The notes under the pieces were generated by a model, which saw nothing but the letters and a program-made list of their open reading frames with translations, made no database searches and was not told where the DNA came from. From Candidatus Omnitrophota bacterium (GTDB lineage: Bacteria > Omnitrophota > Gorgyraeia > B26-G9), in contig JBDRJV010000013.1 of the NCBI GenBank assembly GCA_043814605.1, positions 34,471 through 98,470 of the forward strand: a stretch of 64,000 nt of DNA, given 5' to 3'. Of the stretch, positions 17,394-29,644 are shown one piece after another (the first letter of the stretch is position 1; the number at the start of each line of letters is the position of its first letter). A program made the translations under genes and the position numbers.

Positions 17394-19229
17394 TTATTTT
17401 GATTGCGCACTACGGATAATCCGCTTACGATTTATTTCTGTTAAATGCCATTTCCGAAGCCTGATATGCTTAGGAGTTATCTCCACTAATTCATCATCCT
17501 CGATAAACTCAAGCGCAAACTCCAGGGTCATTTGCCGCGGAGGGATAAGTACAATCGCCTCATCACTTCCGGATGCGCGCATATTCGTTAATTTTTTCCC
17601 CCGTAAAGCATTTACAACCAGATCTGTCCCTTTGTTGTTCACGCCAATGATCATACCCTCATATAATTTTTCTCCTGGTTTAACAAAAATCTCACCCCGT
17701 GCCTGTAAATTATAAAGCGCATAGGCCACTGTATCTCCGCTTCCCTGGGAAATAAGTACGCCGTTTTGCCGTGTCGGCAGAATTCCTTTATAAGTTTGGT
17801 ATTCAAGAAAATTCTGGTACATAATACCACTGCCTCGGGTCATCATCAAGAATTCGCTGCGAAAACCAATTAATGCCCTTGAAGCAATCACAAATTCCAT
17901 GCGAATAGTACCTAAAGATGTTTCTTTTATAACGCGCATTTGAGCCTTGCGAACTCCCAGCGCTTCCATAACAACACCCTGGTACTCATTTTCCACCTCG
18001 ATAATCACCTCTTCAACAGGTTCAAGTGTTTGCTCTCCCATTTTCTTTAAAATAACCTGCGGCCTGGATACTTCCATCTCATACCCTTCACGCCGCATTG
18101 TTTCAATAAGAATAGCCAGATGCAGTTCTCCGCGGCCGGAAACTTTTAACCGCTCAGTTCCTTCAACTGCCTCAACTTTAATACCCACATTGATCATTGC
18201 CTCATGCTCAAGGCGCTCCCGCAAATGTCGTGAAGTTAAAAATCTGCCTCCATCCTTACCGGAAAGAGGGCTTGTATTATGAGAAAAATTCATCGAAATC
18301 GTCGGCTCATCTATTTTAATCGCTGGCAATCCTTTTGGCTCATCAACACATGCAAGTGTCTCACCCACCTCTACGTCTTCTATCCCGGATATTAATATAA
18401 TATCTCCGGCGATTGCTTCATTAACTTCAACTCGGACTAGGCCGCGATACTTCATAATCTTAGTTGCCTTACCTCTGACAATCGTTCCATCCCGTTTAAC
18501 AAGCGCTACAGGATCTCCCACATGCACAGTTCCGTGGAAAACTCTGCCTATCGCAATTCGCCCCACATAAGAATCATAATCAAGCATTGTCACCAGCATT
18601 TGAAAAGGTAAATCAGGGTTAGCTATCGGCGGCAATACTCTATGTAAAATAGTTTCTAAAAGCGGTTTCATTGATTCTTTGGGTTCATCAAGATCAAGAG
18701 TTGCATATCCATCTTTTCCTGATGCATAAACAATCGGAAAATCGAGCTGTTCGTCAGTTGCATTCAGATCACAGAAAAGATCAAATGTCATATCCGCCAC
18801 TTCATCCGGCCGGGAATGGGTACGATCAAGCTTATTGATTACAAGTATGGGTTTTAAATGTAATTCCAGTGACTTTTTCAAAACAAATTTAGTCTGCGGC
18901 ATGGGCCCTTCAAAAGCATCAACAAGCAGAAGCACTCCATCAACCATCTTCAAGATTCGTTCAACCTCACTGCCAAAATCAGCATGACCCGGCGTATCAA
19001 CAATATTGAACTGTACTCCTTTATATTGCAAAGAAGCGTTTTTAGACAGAATAGTTATCCCGCGTTCTTTTTCCAAAGGATTTGAGTCCATTATCGCAGT
19101 TTCGCCTTTTTTAAAATCATAAGCGCCGGTATATTTAAGCAAGGCATCGACAAGCGTAGTTTTCCCATGGTCAACATGCGCGATAATTGCAATGTTCCTT
19201 ACATCTTTTCTTCTTTTTTGATTTAGCAT
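17394..19229 (-). CDS. typA: Translational GTPase TypA/BipA
   Basis: IAIIAHVDHGKTTLVDALL, DTPGHADF, NKLD; EF-G-like domain order; 611 aa. Confidence 0.9.
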   Translation of the reverse strand: MLNQKRRKDVRNIAIIAHVDHGKTTLVDALLKYTGAYDFKKGETAIMDSNPLEKERGITILSKNASLQYKGVQFNIVDTPGHADFGSEVERILKMVDGVLLLVDAFEGPMPQTKFVLKKSLELHLKPILVINKLDRTHSRPDEVADMTFDLFCDLNATDEQLDFPIVYASGKDGYATLDLDEPKESMKPLLETILHRVLPPIANPDLPFQMLVTMLDYDSYVGRIAIGRVFHGTVHVGDPVALVKRDGTIVRGKATKIMKYRGLVRVEVNEAIAGDIILISGIEDVEVGETLACVDEPKGLPAIKIDEPTISMNFSHNTSPLSGKDGGRFLTSRHLRERLEHEAMINVGIKVEAVEGTERLKVSGRGELHLAILIETMRREGYEMEVSRPQVILKKMGEQTLEPVEEVIIEVENEYQGVVMEALGVRKAQMRVIKETSLGTIRMEFVIASRALIGFRSEFLMMTRGSGIMYQNFLEYQTYKGILPTRQNGVLISQGSGDTVAYALYNLQARGEIFVKPGEKLYEGMIIGVNNKGTDLVVNALRGKKLTNMRASGSDEAIVLIPPRQMTLEFALEFIEDDELVEITPKHIRLRKWHLTEINRKRIIRSAQSK

Positions 19230-19319
19230 ATTTTTTCTATTTTTCTTTTTTTTACAGTAAATTAATTGATTTTACTTATAGTAATGTCAAGCAAAGAATA
19301 GTATCGTAAACAGTATTGA

Positions 19320-19380
19320 AAGGTGAATGTTTTTTCAAAATCATCTGGCTTTAATATTTTTATCATGTTTTCATTATGCT
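19320..19380. repeat. Duplicated fragment of the GGDEF gene start (copy of 7390..7450)
   Basis: aggtgaatgttttttcaaaatcatctggctttaatattttt vs 7395-7440; encodes MIKILKPDDFEK.. versus MKILKPDDFERK. Confidence 0.7.
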
Positions 19381-19570
19381 GCTTTTTTTATTTTAAAATA
19401 TTAGCCTTCTTATGCTCCGTGCACATCAGTGCCAGTATTTTTTACTGGCACTAAAGAGAGCAAAATGAGCAACCGCTATCCCTGATAAAAAAGAGCACGC
19501 TGAATCATTTTTCCTTAATCATTTTTCTTAAGAATTTAAAACATTCTGTTCCTTCTGTCTCAACGTTAAC

Positions 19571-20143
19571 TTAAAATTTCATACCGTCTATTTCCGCAAG
19601 CATATTTTCCCGGGCTTCTGGGGAAATTGCCGGCACTGCGTAGAAAAATCTATGCAGGATAACTTTCATCGCGCAAAACTCATATATACCGTTTTTAAAG
19701 ATATTTTCTAGCGCGTCTTTAAAACCGAATTTTAAATAATTCTCTTGTGTCCCGCCGGTGGTATTAATAATCACAACTTTTTTGTCCGATAAAAGCCCTT
19801 TGATGCCTTCCGGCCCAACCTCATAAGCAAACCCATAAGAAAAAACCCGGTCAATATATCCTTTAAGTACCGCCGGCATTCCGAACCACCAGATCGGATG
19901 AATCACAATCAACACCTCGGCTTCTTTGATATATTTTTGTTCGGTCTTGATGTCATCCGGAGTTTTTCCTCCCTGCATTACCTCAAAATCCGCACCGCCT
20001 AAGACCGGATTCCATTCTATTGCATACAATTCACGCACGCTATATTTCTTTTTTTCTTTTTTCAACTTTGCTTCAACGCGATCCTTGATTGCATGATTAA
20101 AACTCTGGGGATTAGGATGCGCATAAATAATTAAATATTTCAT
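19571..20143 (-). CDS. Flavodoxin-like fold NAD(P)H-dependent oxidoreductase (NQO/azoreductase-like)
   Basis: MKYLIIYAHPNPQSFNHAI N-terminus typical of NAD(P)H dehydrogenase (quinone) family. Confidence 0.7.
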   Translation of the reverse strand: MKYLIIYAHPNPQSFNHAIKDRVEAKLKKEKKKYSVRELYAIEWNPVLGGADFEVMQGGKTPDDIKTEQKYIKEAEVLIVIHPIWWFGMPAVLKGYIDRVFSYGFAYEVGPEGIKGLLSDKKVVIINTTGGTQENYLKFGFKDALENIFKNGIYEFCAMKVILHRFFYAVPAISPEARENMLAEIDGMKF

Positions 20144-20295
20144 AAGTCCCTCCTTTTTAAAAATAGTGTGCTTTATCTGCCTACCTTAAAACTCACTTAA
20201 AAACAACTGGAGAATAGATTTTAACTTCCTGGAGATTCTGTGGATTCCTCAGGACAACTGGCTATAAGTAGAATCGGTAAAATGTGCTATTAACT

Positions 20296-20796
20296 TTATT
20301 TATATATATCTAAAATTTGCACTCTCGTTGCTTCAAGCCGCTGAGTGATAACAGTAACAAACCTTTTTAATAAATGATATCCCAAGTCTGTATTTTTTTC
20401 ACATTTATCCCTGAGGCATTTTCCATCTAATGCAATCACGCGGGTATCTTCAAAGGCCCGCGCACTAAACCTATAGCGATGCGGAGGAACAAGCCACGAC
20501 CAGCCCAGGATATCTCCCTCACCAATAGTCTGGATTATAATTGAGGATGGCTTTGCGATATAAATTGCTACTTTACCATGCCGGATAAGATAAAAATTGT
20601 CTGCAGGCTCTCCCTCCTTAAGGATGATCTCTCCCTCTTTAAACCTAACATTAGAAGCACAACCTATTATAATATCAAGGTATTTTTTATCTAAATCTTT
20701 GAAAAAAGAATGCTCCTTCAAAATAGGTTCAAGTGTTTCCATATCTCCTCCTACTTGTTTTTCTTTAATTATACTCTTCTTAGATAACTTCTGCAA
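20296..20796 (-). CDS. Cyclic-nucleotide-binding domain protein (probable true start METLEP at ~20742 with AGGAGG RBS)
   Basis: cNMP-binding beta-barrel motifs FGEGDIL...RSA; strong SD before internal Met. Confidence 0.75.
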   Translation of the reverse strand: MQKLSKKSIIKEKQVGGDMETLEPILKEHSFFKDLDKKYLDIIIGCASNVRFKEGEIILKEGEPADNFYLIRHGKVAIYIAKPSSIIIQTIGEGDILGWSWLVPPHRYRFSARAFEDTRVIALDGKCLRDKCEKNTDLGYHLLKRFVTVITQRLEATRVQILDIYK

Positions 20797-20803
20797 ATAA
20801 AAA

Positions 20804-20830
20804 GGAGAATGCCCGTTCAGGATTTTCTCC
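20804..20830 (-). terminator. Intrinsic terminator (ggagaatgcccgttcaggattttctcc + T-run on minus strand)
   Basis: Hairpin followed by TTTTTATTT on minus strand. Confidence 0.6.
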
Positions 20831-20866
20831 TAATTCTCACGAACCTTTAGTTCGTAAGTACAATAT

Positions 20867-20990
20867 TGGCTCACTGTGTTGGACGAGTTTCACCCTAAGA
20901 AATTGCTAAGCATTTTCAGGGACTAAAGTCCTGGGAATCCAGAGAATTCCACAGGGGCATTTTTTTCAAGAAAAAAAACAATCCTGATTC
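20867..20990 (-). repeat. Repeat unit: TGGCTCAC + three-hairpin module X (copy of 30640..30745)
   Basis: gaaattgctaagcattttcagggactaaagtcctgggaatccagagaattccacagggg ~90% identical to 30648-30706. Confidence 0.8.
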
Positions 20991-20999
20991 CTTTTCTTA

Positions 21000-21713
21000 T
21001 TAACTTGCCCGTCCTAACGTCTTGAACCAGATTCTATTCTTTCCCGTCATCTTAGCTTTATACATCGCCTGATCTGCTTCTTTTACAAATTCTTCAATTG
21101 TCTGCCCTGTTTGATATTCGGCAATGCCAATACTAACTGTTTTGTGCACATAGTATTCTGGGTTTACTTTAGCTTGCGGATAGAATTTCATTGTTTCGAT
21201 TTGTTTACGGATCCTTTCCGCTGGCGTTATAGCAAAATGTACAGCTGTCTCAAGTAATAATATGGTAAATTCTTCTCCGCCGATTCTAAAAGCGTAATCA
21301 GTTTTTCTTAAGTTGCTGGTAAAAATATCTGCCAGTTTTATAAGCACTATATCTCCAGCTCCATGCCCATATTTGTCGTTATAATTCTTAAAATTATCTA
21401 CATCAATATACAAAAGCGACATTGAACGTTCATACCTCTGGCATCGGGGGCATTCCATATTAAGATATTCATAAAAAACGCGGCGGTTATATAATTGGGT
21501 GAGAACATCTGTTCTGCTTAATTTTTCTAATTCTACATTTTTTCTTTCTAATTCCTTATACAGTAATTTAATCCCTTCATTTGTTTTCTTTGTTGCCCAC
21601 ATTTGATCATTAAGTTCCTGCTGGAGCTCATTTATTTGCTGCTGAAGAATTCTATTTTGTCCCATAAGATCAATTTGTTTTTCTTGATCTTTATTGTTTC
21701 CACCTCCAGCCAT
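21000..21713 (-). CDS. GGDEF diguanylate cyclase with N-terminal coiled coil
   Basis: RRVF, DVDNFKNYNDKYGH, RIGGEEFTIL. Confidence 0.8.
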   Translation of the reverse strand: MAGGGNNKDQEKQIDLMGQNRILQQQINELQQELNDQMWATKKTNEGIKLLYKELERKNVELEKLSRTDVLTQLYNRRVFYEYLNMECPRCQRYERSMSLLYIDVDNFKNYNDKYGHGAGDIVLIKLADIFTSNLRKTDYAFRIGGEEFTILLLETAVHFAITPAERIRKQIETMKFYPQAKVNPEYYVHKTVSIGIAEYQTGQTIEEFVKEADQAMYKAKMTGKNRIWFKTLGRAS

Positions 21714-21737
21714 TATATAGATCTCCCTTTTAAAATT

Positions 21738-22097
21738 CTATCCAATAAGCTTTTTTACCGCAAGTACAATCTCTGAACAATCGCTAGTTTTTGCGCAATA
21801 ATCATCTGCTCCGGCTTTTCTTGCCTGTAAAGCATCAAAGGCATCTATTGACCCTGTCATCATAATAACTTTTGGTATTGTTTCTTGTTGCCAGGATTTA
21901 ATTAAACTACAAACTCCAAAACCGTCAATCCCTGGTAATATTGTATCTAAAATAACTACGATCGGTGCTTCAGCCTTAGCTTTTTCTAACGCCTCTTCTC
22001 CTGTTGCCGCAGTTAAAACATCATATTCTTTTTCAAAATTATCTTCTAATATTCTCAAGATTGTGGGGCTATCTTCAACAATAAGAATTTTTTTCAT
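21738..22097 (-). CDS. Response-regulator receiver domain protein (CheY-like)
   Basis: ILIVEDSPTILRIL...ILDTILPGIDGF...K. Confidence 0.85.
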   Translation of the reverse strand: MKKILIVEDSPTILRILEDNFEKEYDVLTAATGEEALEKAKAEAPIVVILDTILPGIDGFGVCSLIKSWQQETIPKVIMMTGSIDAFDALQARKAGADDYCAKTSDCSEIVLAVKKLIG

Positions 22098-22398
22098 ATT
22101 TACCTTTTTCCTATATAAAATGGGTTAGCGCAGCAGGCCTTTGTGCTTATTATTTAAATGATACTATCTAGGTTAGAGTTAGTCAATACTAAATAGCTGC
22201 CTTTCTTCTATTTGTTGCAGTCATGTTTTGCCACAACACCTGGCAAAACAGATGTCCCTTAATAATTGCTGTCCGGACTTCTGCCTAACTTATCCCGTAA
22301 AAGGCGGGAAAAAACCGCGGGACAGGTCATCAACCACATAAGAATCCTCATAACTTTTACTGTGTAGGCTCTTTTGTTTACCCGCTAGTTTTTTTTAA

Positions 22399-22950
22399 CT
22401 ACTGTTTTCTTTTTTCAGCTTTTGCGGATTTTACTGACTTTGATTTTTTTGTAGATTTTGCAGGTTTTACTACCTTTGGCTTTTTTACAGCTTTTACAAT
22501 TTTAACTGATTTTGGCTTTTTAGAAAGCTGAACATTTATTGGTGTTTCTACTTTAGGATTGTCAATTACAAGCGGTTTAAAACTGTTTTTATTTCTGCGT
22601 CTTGCAAAACATTGTTTGCAATATACCTGACGATCGCCCTTTGGCTTGAACGGAACCTCACAGTCCATACCACAATCTGCGCAAACTGCTTTATACATCG
22701 GCCTGTTTTCCCTTGCCGGTTTCGGCCTAGGCAAAGGAATTACCGGCGGTATCGGCGGCTTAAGGACAGCAACAGGTTGCGGCGGGATACGGCTAAGAAC
22801 CGTATCTAACTTTGCTTCAAAAGAAGTGAGCTTCTGTACCAACACCGTAAGCAGGCTAACAATATCCTGTTTAGCAGATGTTGATATTGAAGGTTTTTTC
22901 GGCTTTATACTTTTACTAATAACAGTTTTCTTTTTCGTGCGTTTTTTCAT
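22399..22950 (-). CDS. Lysine-rich (histone H1-like tail) protein with central zinc ribbon
   Basis: CADCGMDCEVPF...YCKQCF; C-terminal KPKSVKIVKAVKKPKVVKPAKSTKKSK. Confidence 0.5.
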   Translation of the reverse strand: MKKRTKKKTVISKSIKPKKPSISTSAKQDIVSLLTVLVQKLTSFEAKLDTVLSRIPPQPVAVLKPPIPPVIPLPRPKPARENRPMYKAVCADCGMDCEVPFKPKGDRQVYCKQCFARRRNKNSFKPLVIDNPKVETPINVQLSKKPKSVKIVKAVKKPKVVKPAKSTKKSKSVKSAKAEKRKQ

Positions 22951-23158
22951 TCTGTCTCCTTTTTTAATTTTTTTTGTTTAAAAAATGAAAAAATTAAATT
23001 TATATTATTATTATAAAATAAAATGGGGCTCACTGCAATCGACTTATAGCGTTTACAGTGAAACTTGTATGGTTAACTGGCTCCTCGCGCAGGCAGATGC
23101 ACATAAATACTATTGTGATTGGGTAAACTTTGTATTTACTTGAGAAAAATGTAACCTC

Positions 23159-24430
23159 TTAGGATTTACTGGGTTTTACTGGTTGAGGGATTATATTCCC
23201 AATGAAAAATTCATCCACTAGATGCCCGAATTTTAGATAAATTTTATCGTTATTTATTTTTAGAATTGTATATTCATTAACTGTTTGTCCGGGGCGATAA
23301 GGCTTACCAGAAATCATCACAAAAGGATCTTCCTGATCGTACATGATACCTTCAATTTTTTCTTGATGAGTAAATGTCAGCAAAGCTGATGATTTATAAT
23401 CTAAAGGGTTTTTTAGCACTTCGTAATAAAACCGTAATCTGGGATATACCGGATTATTTTTATCGCAATATTTTAAAGCCTTTCGTAAAGGCTCTTTTGC
23501 TTGGCTGTACTCACGAATATTCATATAAGCAATCCCTATGTTGACATGGGCTCCCCAGTGTTTTCTTTCAAGTTCTAATGCTTTTTTTGCATAAGCAATT
23601 GATTCTCGAAAATCTCGCACGTCTTTATTACTAACATACACGGGGATACCTTTTTCCATATAACATTCACTCAAGAAGTAATACAAATCCGCCTGCAGCT
23701 TTTTAGTTGGTTCTCGTTCAAGAAGGGATTGAAATACCATAATTGCCTGATCATATCTGCCAATATTATAATATTTTTCTCCCCTATTCACCAAAGCCAT
23801 CTCCTCAGCTGATGTAAAATAGTTTTTAGTATCGTCGCTGTTTTCCTCCTGTGAAAGCCTCTTAACTTCTTCTAAATTAATACTATCTAAAAAAGCATTC
23901 ACCCCTCCATCCCCTTGGAGCTTGGCAAAACTTTCTTTTGTCCCCGCAACATAACATTCAATTAATCGAGGGCTTTTATCTTCCTTGGCCACATATTGTC
24001 TGATTTTAAGGGAAACTTTTTTCCCCTGATAAGAGATGCTATCTTCAGTTTCTAATAGATGCCAATTAAACATTTTTGTCGAGAACGTCATTATCTTTTT
24101 TGTTTCGTATCTCTGCTTCTGTTTAGCCTTTTGTTTATCCCTAAGCCAGGCCATAGCACTTTTTCTCGGAACATAGAGGGTTCTTAAATATATCTCAAAC
24201 AATCCCCCCTGATTTTGAAAACGAAAAGCATAATCATAGGTATAATCATCCTGACTTTCAATCCTTTCCCAATGTACCGGCTTTTTAAAAGTCAGCTTTT
24301 TAAGTGAGGTTATGTCGTACTGTACTGCACAGGAAATCAGGCTGCCAGTAAAAATAATAATTACAAATATGAATAATATTCTTTTCATTGATTTATCCTT
24401 AAAAGAAATTCTTAAAAAAAATTGTAGCAT
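23159..24430 (-). CDS. TPR-repeat protein with N-terminal signal/anchor
   Basis: TPR-like repeats (YNIGRYDQAIMVFQSLLE, ..NIGIAYMNIREYSQAKEPLRKAL). Confidence 0.6.
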   Translation of the reverse strand: MLQFFLRISFKDKSMKRILFIFVIIIFTGSLISCAVQYDITSLKKLTFKKPVHWERIESQDDYTYDYAFRFQNQGGLFEIYLRTLYVPRKSAMAWLRDKQKAKQKQRYETKKIMTFSTKMFNWHLLETEDSISYQGKKVSLKIRQYVAKEDKSPRLIECYVAGTKESFAKLQGDGGVNAFLDSINLEEVKRLSQEENSDDTKNYFTSAEEMALVNRGEKYYNIGRYDQAIMVFQSLLEREPTKKLQADLYYFLSECYMEKGIPVYVSNKDVRDFRESIAYAKKALELERKHWGAHVNIGIAYMNIREYSQAKEPLRKALKYCDKNNPVYPRLRFYYEVLKNPLDYKSSALLTFTHQEKIEGIMYDQEDPFVMISGKPYRPGQTVNEYTILKINNDKIYLKFGHLVDEFFIGNIIPQPVKPSKS

Positions 24431-24491
24431 CTAAGAGCTCTTCTTGTCAATAAAACAAAAGAGTAGGTAGGGAAAATATACAAAGAACTAA

Positions 24492-24701
24492 CTATGTTGC
24501 GCTTGAAATAGCATTGTATTTACATGCTGTTATACAGGCACCGCAATCAATACATTTGTCTGAATAAAAAACCACGGTATTCTTTCTTTCTAAAGCACCA
24601 GCTGGACAGACCTCAACACATCCCTCGCATGTTCCGCTACAACTACAAGTAGTACATTTGCCATCTTTAAAACAACATTTGTCATAGTCAATAACAATCA
24701 T
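24492..24701 (-). CDS. 4Fe-4S ferredoxin
   Basis: CTTCSCSGTCEGCVEVCP and CIDCGACITAC. Confidence 0.8.
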   Translation of the reverse strand: MIVIDYDKCCFKDGKCTTCSCSGTCEGCVEVCPAGALERKNTVVFYSDKCIDCGACITACKYNAISSAT

Positions 24702-24993
24702 TTTAACGTTCCTCTTTACTATATATTATTGCATTCCAAAATAAAACCAGCTATAAGTATTTACTATTTTATCAACATATCCTCATTTTATTGTAGCTAT
24801 TCATCACAGTCAATATAATCTTCTTTTCTTTTTTCTTTTACTATGCTGCTTTATTGTACTGTTTCAGGGAGTTCTACTACGGGAAAATACATAAAAAAAG
24901 CATGGTAACTTTTTATTTAAAAAGCCCAACATCTAAAGACGCTGGGCTTTTTAAAAACTTTCGGAAGATACTTATATCATAAAAATTCTAAAA

Positions 24994-27186
<2,193 letters not shown>

Positions 27187-27196
27187 TTACCCCCAT

Positions 27197-27889
27197 TTAT
27201 TTTAATTTAAGCGGTTTAAAACAAATAAACCAATCCAGGCATTTTATACCTTCTTTTTTTGCGCCATCAACGCGCTCTTTGGCCGAACCGCAGCTCCCCG
27301 GAGGAGGCACAATAACATCATCGCCTGGCTGCCAATCTGCCGGAGTCGCGACATTGTACTTTTCTGCTGTTTGCATCGCAATCAACATGCGCTTGATCTC
27401 CTGAAAATTACGCCCGGTTGATGATGGATAATACATTAATGCACGCACTTTTGCTTGAGGATCAATAAGAAATACCGCTCTTACCGCACTCGAAATACTT
27501 GCCTGCGGCTACACCATACCAAACTTTTTTGCGACATCCATAGTTAAATCGGCAATCACAGGAAAATTGACTTCAATGTTTTTCATTCCTTTATATTCAA
27601 TTTTTTCCTTTATGGTTCTTAGCCAGGCAATATGGCTGTAATGGCTATCGATTGATAGCCCGATAAGTTTACAATTTAATGCTTCAAATTCTTTCTCCAT
27701 CGAAGCAAAGGTCATAAACTCAGTTGTGCAAACAGGCGTAAAATCCGCCGGATGGCTGAAAAGTATTACCCATTTTCCTTTATAATCTTCCGGAAACTTG
27801 ATATGGCCTTGTGTTGTATCTGCCTCAAAAGCAGGGGCAAGCTCACCAATAACCGGCATGTGTGTTCTCTCGCAGCAATTTTGTTCCAT
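27197..27889 (-). pseudogene. Peroxiredoxin (Prx6/1-Cys-like AhpC/TSA) interrupted by in-frame TAG at 27509..27511
   Basis: N-part has FTPVCTTEF; C-part RAVFLIDPQAKVRALMYYPSSTGRNFQEI...ATPADWQPGD; the two ORFs are in the same frame separated only by TAG. Confidence 0.6.
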
Positions 27890-27909
27890 AACTTTCTCCT
27901 TCCTTATTA

Positions 27910-28215
27910 TTATTTTTTCATTTTGGCTATTTCTTCTTCAACTTCTCCGGCGCCTTCATCATAGAACTTCTGCTCATCCGGAGCTAATTCTTTCAATAGT
28001 CTTAAAAATTCTCCGGCATGCACTCTCTCCTCATCTGCAATATCTTGTAATACTTCCTGCGCAAGTTTATTATCAGTTGATTCTGCCAGCTGCATATAAA
28101 GCTGAATCGCTTCATATTCTGCGGCAACCATAAAGCGGATCGCGCGAACCAACTCTGTTTTGCTGATTTTTTTCTCTTTTGCTATCCCTGAAAAAGGTGA
28201 TCCAAATTCCGGCAT
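27910..28215 (-). CDS. Small ferritin-like/rubrerythrin-family diiron protein
   Basis: EYEAIQLY...DEERVHAGEF (E..H motifs). Confidence 0.5.
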   Translation of the reverse strand: MPEFGSPFSGIAKEKKISKTELVRAIRFMVAAEYEAIQLYMQLAESTDNKLAQEVLQDIADEERVHAGEFLRLLKELAPDEQKFYDEGAGEVEEEIAKMKK

Positions 28216-28335
28216 AATTGCCTCCTTTCTTTAAATAAGCGCATGACTTACGGAGCGTTTTAGGATACGTCAAGTCAACCTGCGCGAATTTAGTCCGAAA
28301 TGGCTGCGGCTTAGCAGACATTTTCGTAATCATTA

Positions 28336-28764
28336 TTACCTGCATTTTTCACAGATAAATTCTAATATTACTCGTTTATGCAGTACGTTATATTTCTTTT
28401 CGATACTGCGGGGGATTTTTAAATCATCAAATTCTTTATTATCAAAATCAATAATTTTGCCACATTTTATACAACTTAGATGATGATGATTTTCTATAAA
28501 AGGATCAAATCTTTTTTGTCGGTTATAGCTTTCAGCTATTTTAATAATACCGATATCCGCATAAGACAATAAAGTTCTGTTGACAGTATCAAATGAAATA
28601 TTAGGAAAATTTATTTTTATCTTTTTATAAACATCATCAGCAGAAGGATGCGTTAGATCATCTTTTAATGCTTCATATATCGCTATCCTCTGAGGAGTAA
28701 TGCGTAAATTATTTTCCTTACACCTTAGCTTAAAAACATCAATAGAATTATTTTGCTTATTCAT
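28336..28764 (-). CDS. Fur-family regulator, PerR-like by context (ORF track start 28800 is a TTG inside the -35; ATG at 28764 preferred)
   Basis: QRIAIYEAL...HHHLSCIKCGKI...CEKC; sits upstream of rbr-like/prx/katG. Confidence 0.8.
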   Translation of the reverse strand: MNKQNNSIDVFKLRCKENNLRITPQRIAIYEALKDDLTHPSADDVYKKIKINFPNISFDTVNRTLLSYADIGIIKIAESYNRQKRFDPFIENHHHLSCIKCGKIIDFDNKEFDDLKIPRSIEKKYNVLHKRVILEFICEKCR

Positions 28765-28768
28765 ATTT

Positions 28769-28784
28769 ATTACTATATAGTAAT
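28769..28784. promoter_or_regulatory. Perfect 16-bp palindrome ATTACTATATAGTAAT overlapping -10 of the PerR-like gene promoter (TTGACA-N17-TATAGT)
   Basis: Seen directly; PerR/Fur boxes are AT-rich 7-1-7 palindromes. Confidence 0.5.
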
Positions 28785-28925
28785 TATTCCTATTTGTCAA
28801 GTTGTTTTTACAAATAAAAAACCGTCCGGGTCTCCTCCCTGACGGTCTTAAGTCCTAATTAAATTCTACTCTTCAAAAAGTAACAGGTCAAGAAAAATGA
28901 ATTACCCCCCCCTCCTTTCATAATA

Positions 28926-28959
28926 AAAACCCCCTCACATTTCTGTGAGAGGTTTTTTA
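28926..28959. terminator. Bidirectional intrinsic terminator (aaaaaccccctcacatttctgtgagaggtttttt); identical copies at 33876..33910 and (degraded) 38896..38930
   Basis: 7-bp GC stem flanked by A-run and T-run. Confidence 0.7.
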
Positions 28960-28964
28960 TTATT

Positions 28965-29035
28965 GGCTCCCCGTATTACCTGTCCCCAGCGCTTGATTTG
29001 TAAGCAAATCAGCAGGGGGGACGAGTTTCGCAACT
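28965..29035 (-). repeat. Module Y: TGGCTCCCCGTATTACC + long hairpin (gtcccc-agcgcttgatttg-taa-gcaaatcagc-aggggggac) + gagtttcgcaac; copy at 38935..39010, variant at 30531..30640
   Basis: Near-identical 75-nt sequences at the two loci. Confidence 0.8.
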
Positions 29036-29113
29036 TTTTGGATGAGTTTAGGCAGTGGTGCTTGAGTGAGGAAGCGAGCAGGTTACATAAAGAACTGACT
29101 ATTGCGTAAAATG

Positions 29114-29644
29114 TTATAATTTTATCGCTTTCTTTATCTTATAATTCTTTTTTGTTAAATAATTTCCTAATGCTATCGAAGTTATAATAACCAAAGGCAA
29201 AGATATCAATAGCCTTATTGCTGTAAATTTGAGCCCGACAAAAGACGCTTCAAATACTGTCATCGGTACCCTTGTAATGGCGGATGCTCCGAGAAACGTA
29301 AAAATAACGCTTAACTTTGCGCCTTTGTTGTATAAAGCGTGTGCTATGGGCAAAGCCACATATAAACCGCCGATCATAGTCCCGGCAAGAAGTATAACCC
29401 AAAAATACCCCTTAACGCCTGAATCATCGCCTAAATGCTTTTCAACCGTTTCTTTCTTTACCCACACCTCAAACAACCCAATAAGAACAAACGCAAAAGG
29501 CAATACCTTAAACATATCTATAGCGAAAGATAAAAAATTCCGCCCGATCTCTTTCCCCGGGGCAAAACCAAAAGAAAACGAAATGATTAAAAACAAAAAG
29601 TAAGCACTGATCACAATATTTTTTATGGCATTCTCTTTTTTCAT
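29114..29644 (-). CDS. Membrane permease component (likely starts MKKENAI at 29644)
   Basis: Multi-TM; overlaps upstream gene by ATGA. Confidence 0.45.
   Translation of the reverse strand: MKKENAIKNIVISAYFLFLIISFSFGFAPGKEIGRNFLSFAIDMFKVLPFAFVLIGLFEVWVKKETVEKHLGDDSGVKGYFWVILLAGTMIGGLYVALPIAHALYNKGAKLSVIFTFLGASAITRVPMTVFEASFVGLKFTAIRLLISLPLVIITSIALGNYLTKKNYKIKKAIKL

Noticed and set aside
19432-19452. 9-bp-stem hairpin gtgccagta-ttttt-tactggcac as a terminator
   Set aside because: No flanking T-run on either strand; more likely part of the local rearrangement scar.
28965-29035. 72-nt module Y ending in CCA considered as a tRNA or tRNA pseudogene
   Set aside because: No D- or T-arm, no acceptor pairing; it folds as one long hairpin. 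Kept only as a repeat.
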